From an uncultured Planctomycetaceae bacterium (lineage in GTDB: Bacteria > Planctomycetota > Planctomycetia > Pirellulales > PALSA-1355), in assembly GCA_963785305.1 (NCBI GenBank), contig CAWAUV010000007.1, forward strand, positions 1,152,001 through 1,216,000: a stretch of 64,000 nt of DNA, given 5' to 3'. Under the pieces are notes generated by a model. The model saw only the letters and a list, made by a program, of their open reading frames with translations. It was not told where the DNA came from and made no database searches. The position numbers were made by a program, and so were the translations under genes. Positions 11,138 through 22,095 of this stretch are shown piece by piece. Every line of letters starts with the position of its first letter. The first letter of the stretch is position 1.

Positions 11138-12105
11138 GCGACCTCAAAGCTGTGCCACCGGCGAACGCGGCCAATCGAGTAAAGATCGCGGATTTCGTGG
11201 AACTCGAATGTCTTCGCCGCGCTGACGGAAGCGTGTCAACGGTTGATATGGCGCGAATCATGGGTCGGGGCGACGAAAGCTCTGAAGACGACATTAGCAC
11301 AGTCGTCTTAGACGCATTCAGCGACCTTGCTAATCGCGTCACCCATTGCGGTAAAGCAGATGGTAAGTATCCATTTGAAATCTCTCAGAGCGGAAACTTG
11401 TTGTCGATTCGCAATTGGGGGTCTCCGGCTGACCGTCGGGACTCAATGGTCTACTTTTTTCTGCTGCTTGCAACCCGACTGAACATGAAGGCCGCTCGGA
11501 TGCATGGCGGAGAAGATGGAACCGCCTTGTTCGAGTGGTTATGTAGCGAAGTCGCGATCAGGTTTTGGGGAGGCCCAGGGGAAATGGTCGGCTCTATGGT
11601 ATTCGGAACCGGGAGAGTGACGGACGGTATGGAGGATCATGAAGAGCTTAATATCGGAGATTTCGGCAAGGCTGTTGATGAGCTATGCAAGGCAATTCGG
11701 GAAGGAGATGACTTTCATCCGAAGTCTACTGAAAAAGTCACCGCTAAAGATGGAAAGCTCGATATTGTCGTCTGGCGTGGATTTTCCGATCAGAGACATG
11801 GTCAGTTGATTGGCTTTGGTCAATGTAAGACAGGAACGCACTGGCCAAATGATCTCGGCAAGCTAAAGCCCGACAGTTTTTGCCGGAAGTGGATGCGCAC
11901 GCAACCGGCGTCTCAGGCCGTTGTCTTGTACTTTGTGTGCGATCGCGTGCTCGACCGATGGTACGATCTCGTCTCAGACGGGGGCATTCTCTTCGATCGC
12001 TGTCGCGTCATGGAATACGCCACCGATATTTCGTCGAAGCTCATGACCCGTATTGACATGTGGGTCAATGCCGCCAGTCAAGCAGAGGGCCTCACAATCC
12101 CATGA
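11134..12105 (+). CDS. Putative PD-(D/E)xK (Mrr-like) restriction endonuclease-fold protein (323 aa)
   Basis: ALFEWLC...KDGKLDIVVW...LIGFGQCKTG fits the E...D...QxK catalytic signature of Mrr-like nucleases. GTGA overlap with the upstream stop codon. Confidence 0.6.
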   Translation: MSDLKAVPPANAANRVKIADFVELECLRRADGSVSTVDMARIMGRGDESSEDDISTVVLDAFSDLANRVTHCGKADGKYPFEISQSGNLLSIRNWGSPADRRDSMVYFFLLLATRLNMKAARMHGGEDGTALFEWLCSEVAIRFWGGPGEMVGSMVFGTGRVTDGMEDHEELNIGDFGKAVDELCKAIREGDDFHPKSTEKVTAKDGKLDIVVWRGFSDQRHGQLIGFGQCKTGTHWPNDLGKLKPDSFCRKWMRTQPASQAVVLYFVCDRVLDRWYDLVSDGGILFDRCRVMEYATDISSKLMTRIDMWVNAASQAEGLTIP

Positions 12106-13199
12106 GGCATCGATTTCATTCTCTCTGCCCTTATTTTGCAATGTTTCCGGAGTCATTCGCGGAAACGTGGTTGGAACGCCTGACCAGAAAGAATGACGTA
12201 GTTCTCGACCCATTTAGCGGCCGCGGCACCACGGCATTTCAGGCCCTTTTGATGGGACGCCGAGCTGTCGCCTGTGACGTGAATGACGTTGCATTTTGTG
12301 TTACCAAGGCTAAAACTGACGCTCCTAAATTGAAGTCGATCAAGCGTCGCATTGCCCAGCTAGAGCAGGGATTTGACGGTCGGCAATGGCGGCACGCCGC
12401 GGGGCAGAGCGGTGAGTTCTTTCGCTTTGCGTTTTCCTCAAGAACATTCCAGCAACTGCTATTTCTCCGCGAATCACTTAGATGGCGCAGCCATCGTGTT
12501 GACACGATGATTGCTGCACTTGTGTTGGGCTCATTGCATGGTGAGATGGATAAGTCGCGATCATATTTGAGCAATCAAATGCCGCGCACTATTTCAACCA
12601 AACCAGCATATTCGGTGCGATTCTGGAAGCGGAAACGACTGGATGCCCCAGAGCGGGATGTCTTTGAACTGCTCAGAACCCGAGCCGAATTCCGCTACGA
12701 GTCTGATCCGCCGATTGGTAACGCTCTTGTGCTCCATCGCGACATGAGAGAATTGCCGCGACTCCGCAAAGACCTGCCAGAGCGAATCAGTTGCGTCGTA
12801 ACGTCGCCACCCTATTTCGACGTCACAGACTTTGAGGAAGATCAGTGGCTCCGGCTCTGGTTTCTTGGCGGACCGGAGCGCCCAACGACGGGACGCCTGT
12901 CGCGCGATGACAGGTATTCGTTTGAGGCAGACTACTGGCGGTTCATCGCCGACATGTGGAGAAGCATCGGCGCGGTTGTCAGCAAAACAGCGAATATCGT
13001 AATCAGGATTGGGAGCCGACGGGTTCCGACCGATCGCCTCGCAAGCATGTTGGCCGCGAGCAGCGTGTTTAGCAATCGCCGGGTGGAACTCGTGAGCAAC
13101 GAAACGAGCGATATCCGTAAGCGCCAAACTGATGCTTTTCGCCCCGGAACAGTCGGTGTCGCTGTAGAAGTCGATTGTCATTTCCGCTTTCGCTCGTAA
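12102..13199 (+). CDS. Site-specific amino-DNA methyltransferase, probably N4-cytosine, alpha-type motif order (365 aa)
   Basis: HSLCPYFAMFP, then SAM-binding motif I (VVLDPFSGRGTT), a long variable region, and catalytic motif IV (VVTSPPY). ATGA overlap with the upstream stop codon. Confidence 0.88.
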   Translation: MRHRFHSLCPYFAMFPESFAETWLERLTRKNDVVLDPFSGRGTTAFQALLMGRRAVACDVNDVAFCVTKAKTDAPKLKSIKRRIAQLEQGFDGRQWRHAAGQSGEFFRFAFSSRTFQQLLFLRESLRWRSHRVDTMIAALVLGSLHGEMDKSRSYLSNQMPRTISTKPAYSVRFWKRKRLDAPERDVFELLRTRAEFRYESDPPIGNALVLHRDMRELPRLRKDLPERISCVVTSPPYFDVTDFEEDQWLRLWFLGGPERPTTGRLSRDDRYSFEADYWRFIADMWRSIGAVVSKTANIVIRIGSRRVPTDRLASMLAASSVFSNRRVELVSNETSDIRKRQTDAFRPGTVGVAVEVDCHFRFRS

Positions 13200-13356
13200 A
13201 GTCTCGCGAATGGCACGGACGCCTCGCCTTGGGCGGCGATCGGGTGCCCCTGGCTGCGTTTCGGTCCTAATGGACTGATTCACCCACCCGCCCGCTGGCG
13301 CTGCGGCCTCGGGTCCGCGCGTTGACGCCTCACGGCGGCCGACAAATCCCTCTTAG

Positions 13357-14788
13357 TTCGACTTTTGCACTTTATGCGGCCATTTCCACGGCGTTTTCCA
13401 GGAGTCGTTGGATTTTTCGCGACCCTGGCCCCTGAAGCGCCAACGTTAAAACCTGTTGGCGCACGCTAAGCCGTCGGAGCGTGCCGAGCATGTCGGCGAA
13501 TGACGGTTGCGTCTTCGACGCGTGCCAAGGGTGGAGCATCGGACGCCAATTGCGATGACCCTCGCGGGCAAACCACAACACGATCAGGCTGTACAACAAC
13601 ATGGCCATCGGAGCCGTCCGCTCGACCGCGCGATGTGTCCAGCCTTGCGGTTGTTCAAATCCCAAGTATTGCTTACTGTCGTGGTTCGTGACTTCGATGC
13701 TCCAGCGCATCGCGTACCAAGCGATCACTTGTTCGGCGGTTGCTTCGGAGCGAGTGGAATAGAATGCCTCTTGCCCGCGGCCGCCTTCGAGGGCGGATGC
13801 CGCCACCACGCGAACCGGCCGTTGGGGAGCGGCATGCATGTGGGCCACTTGCTCCGCCAAGCGGGCTGTTTCGCGCCGCCCGTAGATATTCAGGGTCGCG
13901 CGACGACAGCGTCCCTTGAGCATTGCCCCCGGCGTGGGAAGTCGTTGGCCGAACTTCCGCGGTCGGCCATTGGTTCTCGCTTCGCGCCCCGGCGGCGGCC
14001 CGTACAAGCGAGCGTCCTTTACGAGTCGGCTGGTCAAATCGCAATTCGTCGGCAAGAAGCAGAGCAAGCTCCGACCGCCATAGGCGCTGTCGGCGACGAC
14101 GTGAAAACGGCGGCTTTTGTGGTGGTTGCACAACACGTCGAGCATCTCGACCGCCAATTCCGGCCGGGTGCGATATGGGCGCCGATGCTTGGCGGCGCTC
14201 TTCTTGTTCAAGTACAGGCGAAACAAGATCGGCAGGCAATAATAATGTCCCTTGCGAAACGGCAATTCGACAATCACGCCCAGCACGACCCAACTATGCC
14301 CCCAGTTGGTAATCACCTTGCCACGGCTGGAGAGCAAAGGGTCGTGGTGCATGCCGGCGCCGAACATCGTCAGTCCGCGCTTGCGAGCCAGCGTGTCGTC
14401 GAGTCCCAGCAAGACGGCGTTTCCCAAAAACGGCTGGATCAATTCGAACATGGCCAGCCCGAGCGAGTCGCGCGACCAACGGGCCGCGCTGAACAAACGG
14501 TGATACGACGAGAAGTGCTTACTCGCCGTGTCGCCAGCCGCGACGATCATGCACGTGACCGTGCGGCGACTGGCGAAGACCCAGCCGGTCAGAACCGTCG
14601 TCATACTCGCGAAAGTCGGCGCCGTCATTGTGGCGGAAAGCCCTTGCAAAAGCGCCATGAAGCCGGGTACAAGTTCCACTGTGAGCCTCCTTGCTCGATG
14701 CCTGAGAGTGAAGTCCCAAGCATTGTCGCGGAGGCTCACGCTATTTACGAAGACCAGTTTGAGCACCCTTAAAAGTGCAAAAGTCGAA
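13357..14788 (-). mobile_element. IS701-like (DDE_5) insertion sequence, ~1.43 kb
   Basis: Perfect IRs TTCGACTTTTGCACTTT (13357-13373) and AAAGTGCAAAAGTCGAA (14772-14788). Flanks CTTAG and CTAAG differ by one base from a 5-bp direct repeat. Confidence 0.9.
13372..14679 (-). CDS. IS701-like DDE transposase (435 aa)
   Basis: LGLDDTLARKRG, VVADSAYG and YAMRWSIEVTNHDSKQYLG (DDE/YREK-like). GTG start at 14679 preceded by AAGGAGG. Confidence 0.9.
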   Translation of the reverse strand: MELVPGFMALLQGLSATMTAPTFASMTTVLTGWVFASRRTVTCMIVAAGDTASKHFSSYHRLFSAARWSRDSLGLAMFELIQPFLGNAVLLGLDDTLARKRGLTMFGAGMHHDPLLSSRGKVITNWGHSWVVLGVIVELPFRKGHYYCLPILFRLYLNKKSAAKHRRPYRTRPELAVEMLDVLCNHHKSRRFHVVADSAYGGRSLLCFLPTNCDLTSRLVKDARLYGPPPGREARTNGRPRKFGQRLPTPGAMLKGRCRRATLNIYGRRETARLAEQVAHMHAAPQRPVRVVAASALEGGRGQEAFYSTRSEATAEQVIAWYAMRWSIEVTNHDSKQYLGFEQPQGWTHRAVERTAPMAMLLYSLIVLWFAREGHRNWRPMLHPWHASKTQPSFADMLGTLRRLSVRQQVLTLALQGPGSRKIQRLLENAVEMAA

Positions 14789-14888
14789 CTAAGGTTTACG
14801 GGTTTAGGTGGCATAGCTATCTCGACTTGGTCCGAGCGCCGCGGTCGGGGCGGCCAGCGGCGCTGGGCGAGCTTCGCGATCGGGCGGG

Positions 14889-16192
14889 TCAGCTCGCTTG
14901 ACGCGCGCCGCTCGCCATCAGCGACTCGAGCTCCTCGGCTTCCACCGGAATGTGGGCCATGAGGTCCACCGGGCCTTCGGCTGTCAAAAGAATATTGTTT
15001 TCCAGCCGCACGCCCAGCGATTCTTCCGGAATATAAATGCCCGGCTCGACCGTGAGCACCATGCCGGCCCGGAACGGCTGCGTGAGATCGCCCACATCAT
15101 GCACATCGAGCCCCAGCGGGTGCCCGAGTCCGTGGGGGTAATACTTTCGCGAGGCGAGCCGTTCGGGCGTTTGTTTGGCGATGTCGTCGGCCGATATCAG
15201 CCCGAGCGCCAACATCTCGTCGTTCATCATCAATTGCGATTCTCGCTGCCAGTCGCGGTCGAGCTTGCCGACGGTGGCGCCGGCGATCGAGGCCCGCATC
15301 ACGCGCAGCACCGCGTCGTACACCTGGCGCTGCCTGGGCGTGAAGCGGCCGGAGACCGGAACGGTGCGCGTCAGATCGGCCGCGTAGTTGGCGTAGGCCG
15401 CTCCCACGTCGAGCAGCAGCAACTCGCCATCGCGACACGGCTGATCGTTGGCCACATAGTGCAAGACGCAGGCATTCGCCCCGCTGGCCACGATCGGGCC
15501 ATAGGCAAACTTTGCCCGACGGCGAATGAACTCATGGGCATATTCGGCCTCGACCTCGCATTCGTTCACCCCGGGCCGCACGAACTCCAGCACGCGCCGA
15601 AAAGCCGCGTCGGTGATCGCGATCGCCTGCTTGATGAGCGCCAGTTCGGCCACCGACTTCACGGCCCGCAGCTCGTGTAGCAGCCGGGCCAGACGGCGAT
15701 AGCTGTGCAGCGGATAGCGGCGCTGAATTTCTTCGATGAACCGCGCCTCGCGAGTCTGAGTCTCGACGACGGCCCGCTTGTGTTCGTTGCTGTTGAGATA
15801 CACATGCTCGAGTTCGCACATGAGGGCATGCAGGATGCCGGGAAACTCCGAGAGCCAAGCCACGCCGCGATGCCCGAAATCTGCTTCGCTTCGTCTTGCG
15901 AAAGCTTGTGGCCTTCCCAGAGCTTGAGGCGTTCGTTGGGCTCGCGCACAAAGAGAATCTCGCGCATACGTTCGTCGGCCGCTCCCGGCGCGAGCACCAG
16001 AATCGATTCTTCTTGCTCGACGCCGGAGAGATAAAATAGATCGGCGCTCGGCACAAGCGGCAGCGAGCCGTCGGCATTGGTCGGGAACACATCATTGTTG
16101 TTGACGATCGCCAGCGACCGGGGAGGCAGCAGTCCGGCCAGCCGCTTCCGGTTTTCGACAAAGAGCGCGGGATCGATGGGGGTGTGTCGCAT
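14889..16192 (-). CDS. pepP: Xaa-Pro aminopeptidase (M24B), frameshift near 15865
   Basis: AMP_N domain (DLFYLSGVEQEESIL...LWEGHKL), plus LLLDVGA, YAADLTRT, HGLGHPLGLDVHD, TVEPGIY and GVRLENNIL. Confidence 0.9.
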
Positions 16193-16874
16193 GGGTGGTG
16201 GCTTTTTCCTCGGGGAATGTCGTGTGCGAAAAAGGGCGTCTCAATATCGCGATAGAATAAACTTGGTTCTTACGTTTCCAGGAGCGCTGTTCGGCGAAAA
16301 ATCTCGCTTTCGCGGGGCATGCCCCTCGCGAGGACTAAATCAACAAGCCGTGACGCGTCGGGTTGGGATCGCGGGGCGGTTCCTTCATAACCCGACGCCT
16401 CAGCGAGGGCTTCCACGATCCGTCCGGCATAATACTCCGCCCGGCACAATACATTCTGGGACGCCGCTGGCATTTACAAACGAACGAGCCAAAACCTGGA
16501 AATAGCGGTCCGGCGGCGAGGGCGCGTCGGGGCGGACCGGCGGCCAGCCGCCTGGGCCGTCCCGGGGTCATTATCGAACTCTGGTCCCCCGAATTCCAGA
16601 CAGCCGCCGTCGAATCGACCGGCGAGACGACATCCCCATTCGGGGGATTCACGGCGAAAAAAACAAACTCCGATCGCCCCATGCGGTTGAAACCCGCAAA
16701 ACCGCCAATTAGGATTTACGGATAACCGCAATTATTTACCCGATCGTTCTAAATCGCACAATCCGCGCGGTTGCGCCTTGGACTTCCATCGGATTCGCCG
16801 GCCCCGATCGCCTGACGCGTCCGCCCCCAGTTCTTTTGCCGCGCCATCGCAATTTCGTTGAAGGGCTTTGATTC

Positions 16875-19800
16875 ATGTTTCGCGCATTTCCCCACAGCGC
16901 CTTGCCAGTTTGGGTGATTGCGATCGCCCTGCTGCTCGCCGCCGTAGCGCCGGCCGCCGCGCAGACATTGCAATGGGATCCGGCTGGAGTCGGCGGTTCC
17001 GACGGCCCGGGCACATGGAGCACCTCGGCGACGACTTGGTACAGCGGCTCGAGGAATGTGGCCTGGACCAATGGCGATACCGCCATCTTCGGCGGCGTGG
17101 GCACGCTAAGCGCCAGCGGCTCGACGAACACGGTCACGCTCGGCTCGAACGTGACGGTCGGCGGCATCACCTTCAACACGCCCAACAACGCCGGGGCCGC
17201 GGGCGCCTACATTATCGGCCCCACGTCGAATTCCGGTAGCACGCTCACGATGACGAGCGCCACGATCACCGACAACTACACCGGCGGCACGACGATCATC
17301 AACTCGCCGGTCACTAACACCACCAGCACCATCGCCGGCGCCGGCAACCTGACCTTCAACACATCGATCAGCGGCAGCAGCACCTTGACGCTGAACAGCA
17401 CCGGCACGATCACCTTCGGCGGCAGCGGCGACAACGGCGGCTTGGGCATGACGGTCAACAGCGGCATCGCCGTGTTCGCCAAGACATCGAGCGGCGGCGC
17501 CCACGTCATCGGCGGCAACACGCTCAATATCAAGGGCGGAACGGTCGAGGTCTCGGGCTCCGGCAACAACCAGTTCTACAGCGGCGCCAGCGTCGCCATG
17601 ACCAGCGGCTCGCTCCAACTGAATGGCTCGTCGACCGAAAACGCCGAAAGCATCGGCGCCGTTTCGGGCGCCGGCGGCACGATCACGAACCAGGGCACGC
17701 AGACATTTACTCTTTCCTATACCGGCAACGGTGCGCTCGGCGCCGCGATCTCCGATGGCGCCGCCCCGATCGCACTCACGCTCAAGAGCGGCTCCAGTTC
17801 GCTCACCGGCGCCGACACCTACTCCGGCGCCACGACCATTCTCTCCGGCGGCACGCTCACCCTGGGCAACGGAACCATCGGCTCCTTTGGCTCGATGCGC
17901 CGGTCCCAACAGCGCCGTGTCCATCGCCAGCGGCGCCACGCTCGCCCTCGACCTTCCCACCGCGAGCGGCAGCTTTTACAACACCGTGACCAACTCCGGG
18001 GCAGTGACCGGGGCCGAAGGCTCGGGCATCACGGACACGATCAATGGCGCCATCTCCGGCGTGGGCACATTCACCCAAACCGGCGCCGGCACGACGATCT
18101 TCTCCGGCGCCGAAACCTATACCGGCGCCACCACCGTGTCGGCCGGCACGCTGCAAATCGGCAATGGAACCAGCGGCTCGATCGCCACCGGCTCGACCGT
18201 GTCGACCGCCGCCAACGGCACGCTCGCCTTCGACATGGCAACCGGATCGAGCTTCTCGAACAATATCGCCAACGCCGGGACCGTCGCCGGCGCCGAAGGC
18301 GCCGGAATCACGAACACGCTCGGCGGCGTCATCAGCGGCGCTGGCGGCTTTACCCAGAAGGGCGCGGGAACAACGATTCTCTCCGTCGCGAACACCTTCA
18401 CCGGCGCCACGACCGTGACCGCCGGTGCGCTCGACTTGGCCAACGCCAATGCGCTCTACAGCAGCACGCTCACCACCGCCAGCGGCTCGGCCGGCGCCTT
18501 TGCCTTCGACGCCTCGGTCACCGGGAATACCTTTTATATCGGCGGCCTCGCCGGCAACGGAAACCTCGCCCTGCAAAACAACGCCGGCGCCCCGGCGCCC
18601 ATCTCGCTCGTCATCGGAAGCAACAACACCTCGAACACCTATTCCGGCGTCTTGAGCGGCTTGGGCAATATCACCGCGGTCGGCTCCGGCACGCTTACGC
18701 TCGCCGGCGCCAACACCTACACCGGCGCGACCAATGTTCAAGGGGGGTCGGTGTCGCTCACCGGCTCGCTCGCCACCGCGAGCACGCTCGCGCTCTCGGC
18801 CGGAGGAACTTTTAACTACGCCCCAACCAGCGGACCGACCCAAACCGTGGCCGGCGCCACGATCACCGCCGGAGCCAATACCATCGCCGCCGCCACGGGC
18901 GCCACGTTGAACCTCGGCCCCATCACGGAAACCGCCGCCGGTCTGCTAACGCTTTCCGACACCGCCGGCACGATCAACACCACGACCGCCAACACCAATG
19001 GCATTCTCGGCGGCTGGGCCACGGTCGATGGAACCAGCTTCGCCACCTCGGCCGGAACCGGCTCCGTCGAAGGCGCGATCATCGCGCTGCCAGGCGCCTC
19101 CTATGGCTCGGCCTATGCCACGGCCACCGGCGCGACCAATTTCGACACCGCCGGCGCGAGTGGAACCTTTGGCGCGAGCAGCGTGAATTCGATTCGCTTC
19201 AGCACCGCGTCGTCGGCCGTCACCGCGACATTGCCCAGCGGAGCGTTCACGATCTCGAGTCGGCGGCATTCTCGTCACCGCCGGAGTGGGCGCGAACCTA
19301 AGCGAGATCACCGGCGGCGCCAGCCTCACCAGCTCCGGGCCCGCGCTGGCCATCAATCAGTTCAACCCCGGCGCCACCGGCGCCCTGACCATCACCACTC
19401 CGATCGTCGACAACACCGGCTCGGTCGGCGTGGGCACGGCCGGAACCGGAACCACGATCCTTACCGGGGCCAACACCTACACCGGACCCACGGCCGTCGG
19501 CGCCGGCGGAACGCTCCAGTTCGGAAATGGAACCTCGGGCGGCATGGCCGGCGCCGGCGCGATGAGCGTCGGCACAGGCGCCACGCTCGTGTTCAACCTG
19601 CCCACCGCCGCGCTGCCGAACACCATCACCAGCGCCGGCTCCGTGGTCGGCGCCGAAAGCACGGGACTCACCGACACGCTTAGCGGCAATATCTCCGGCG
19701 GAACATTTACCCAAAGCGGCGTCGGAACCACCGTGCTCTCGGGCATCAACACCTTCACCGGAACCACGCTCAACGCCGGAACACTGCAAGTCGGGGCCGT

Positions 19801-21841
19801 GGCCTCGGGAGCGAGCAATATCGGCTCGGGCGGCATCACGCTCGGCGGCGGCACGCTGAATTACACCGGCCCCAGCGTCACGCTGACCAACACGATCACC
19901 GAGACCGGCGCGAGCACGCTGAACATCGCCAACTCCACATCCACGCTCACCATCAGTCAAACGATCGCCAACTCGAAGAACCTCACCATCACCGGCGCCG
20001 GCAATGTGTTCTTCCAGCAATCGGTCAGTGGCGGTTATATCACCCTGGCCACCGGCTACACCGGCACGGTCACGCTCTCGGGAACCGGCGACAACAGCGG
20101 CACGGGGGGAATCGTCAATGGCGGCACGCTGATATTGGATAAGTCGCCGAGCGCGCTCAACGCCCATTCGCTGGGCGGCAGTGGACTCCAGATCGGCCCG
20201 GCCGGCACGGTCGTGTTCGGCGGCGGCGGCAACAGCCAAATGTACTTCAGCGCCGGCACGTTCACGGTCAATGGCACGCTCAACCTCAACGGCGTGAACA
20301 CCGGCACGCCCGCGACCACCGAAAATGGCGAGCAGCTTGCAACCATCAGCGGCTCCGGCGTGATCATCAACAACGGAACCGCGCCCTTCGCGCTCTCGAT
20401 CGGCAGTCTCAATCCGTCCTACCCCGGCGGCGGCGGCAACACCTTCTCCGGCGTGATCGAAGATGGCACGAGCACCACCGCGATCGCGATCGGCGCCGGC
20501 ACGCTCACGCTCTCCGGCAATAACACCTACTCGGGCGGAACCACGGTCAACTCCGGCACGCTCAACGCCAATAGCCCCACGGCCCTCGGCGCCTCGAGCG
20601 GAACGCTCACCGTGGGCAACAACAACAATTTCGGGGTCACGGTCAATGGCAGCGCGTCGGTGCTGAATATCGGTTCCACGATCACCACCGGCTCCCTCAG
20701 CGGCGCGATCGTCGCCCCGCTCGGCACGGGCACGAACACCGCCACGATCAATATCGCGGCCAGCGATTCGCTCACCGTGAATCAAACCACGGCCGGAACC
20801 TACGCGGGCGTGCTCGCCGGCGCCGGCGCTTTCAACCTGGGCCCCTTGAGCACCGCCGCCCTCACGCTCACCGGAGTGAACACCTACACGGGACCCACCT
20901 CGGTTTCCGGGGGCACGCTCAATGCCACGGCCTCGAACATCGGCTCCGGCTCGCTCGCGGTGAGCAATCCGAACACCGGCGCCGGAACCGCCGTGAGCCT
21001 CTTGCTACCAACCGCCGCGCCCACCACGGTCGGCTCATTGAGCGGTCTGGTGGCCACGCCCATCAGCGGAGCCAACTCGGCCACGATCGACAATGGCGGC
21101 CAACTGCTAACCGTGAATCAAACCACGGCCGGAACCTATGGCGGCGTGATTCAAAACACCGGCGGATTCACGCTCGGCGCCTCGAGCACCGCCGCCCTCA
21201 CGCTCACCGGCGCCAACACCTACACCGGACCCACGAATGTGGCCGCCGGCACGCTCTATGTCGACGGCTCGCATGGAACATCGCTTGCCACCGTGGGCGC
21301 CTACACCGTGGCCTCGAGCGCCACCCTCGGCGGAACCGGCACGATTTACTTGGGCGCCAATCCGGTGAGCGTCAACGGCGAGCTCATGCCCGGCTACGGC
21401 AGCAACGGCGCGGTCGCCTCGCCGCTCACTCTGAACACCACCGGCGCCCTGACCTTCGCCTCGGGCAGCGAACTCAATGTCACGATCACGCACGCTCTGA
21501 GCGGCGGCGCCGATTGGCTCATGGCGCCGAGCGCTTCCGTCACGATCAGCAACACGTCGGGCAATTCGATTCTCGATGTAATTGCCAACAGTTCCGTCGT
21601 GGCCGGCGATAAATTCACGCTTATCGACCCCAGCTCGCCGATCACCGGCCAGTTCGGCACGGTCAACGTCACCGGCCTCAACCCCGGCCTGACCTACTCG
21701 CTCAGCTATAACGGCGGCGGCACGAATAACCTCGTGCTCACCGTGGTGCCCGAACCGAGCTCCCTGGTTCTCACGGCCCTGGCCGCCGCCGCCTTTGCCG
21801 CCCACCAGCTTCGCCGCCGGAGGCGAAAATCAGCGTGCTGA
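16875..21841 (+). CDS. Large (~1650 aa) secreted PEP-CTERM protein with autotransporter-associated beta-strand repeats; frameshifts near 17900 and 19260
   Basis: Signal peptide and many GxGTLTLxGxNTYTGxTxVxxGTL repeats across ORFs 16875-, 17623- and 19286-21841. C-terminal VPEPSSLVLTALAAAAFAAHQLRRRRRK sorting signal. Confidence 0.9.
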
Positions 21842-21847
21842 CGTAAA

Positions 21848-21885
21848 ACCCCCTCTCTCCCTTTGGGAGAGGGCAGCGTGAGGGC
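21848..21885. repeat. REP-like palindrome between convergent genes
   Basis: CCCCTCTCTCCCTTTGGGAGAGGGCAGCGTGAGGG contains a CTCTCCC/GGGAGAG hairpin of the widespread ...GGGAGAGGG...GTGAGGG REP type. Confidence 0.55.
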
Positions 21886-22095
21886 GCGAAGGAGTTAGGG
21901 AAACGTCGGAGTGAGGGCGGCGCCTCGAGAGATCATCCCCGCCGCGCGAAGCGAACTAGTCGCCTCGGTCACGCTTCTGCGTCACATTTCCTCCGACGGG
22001 GAAGCGGCGCTCAACAAGATGGGGAACCCCGCGGAGCGAGAGTCTTTGCTCGGGCTCGATCCGCTTCGTGGGTGACATATCCCGCTCTCGGCCGG

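Noticed and set aside
9319..14788. Cassette having arrived as a composite transposon
   Set aside because: The outer flanks GTTAG and CTAAG are not a direct repeat, and the MITE has its own duplication. Kept only as a potential for future mobilisation.
16200..16870. Sigma54 promoter or riboswitch upstream of the PEP-CTERM gene
   Set aside because: I found no TGGCAC-N5-TTGC match with correct spacing and no recognisable riboswitch consensus by eye.
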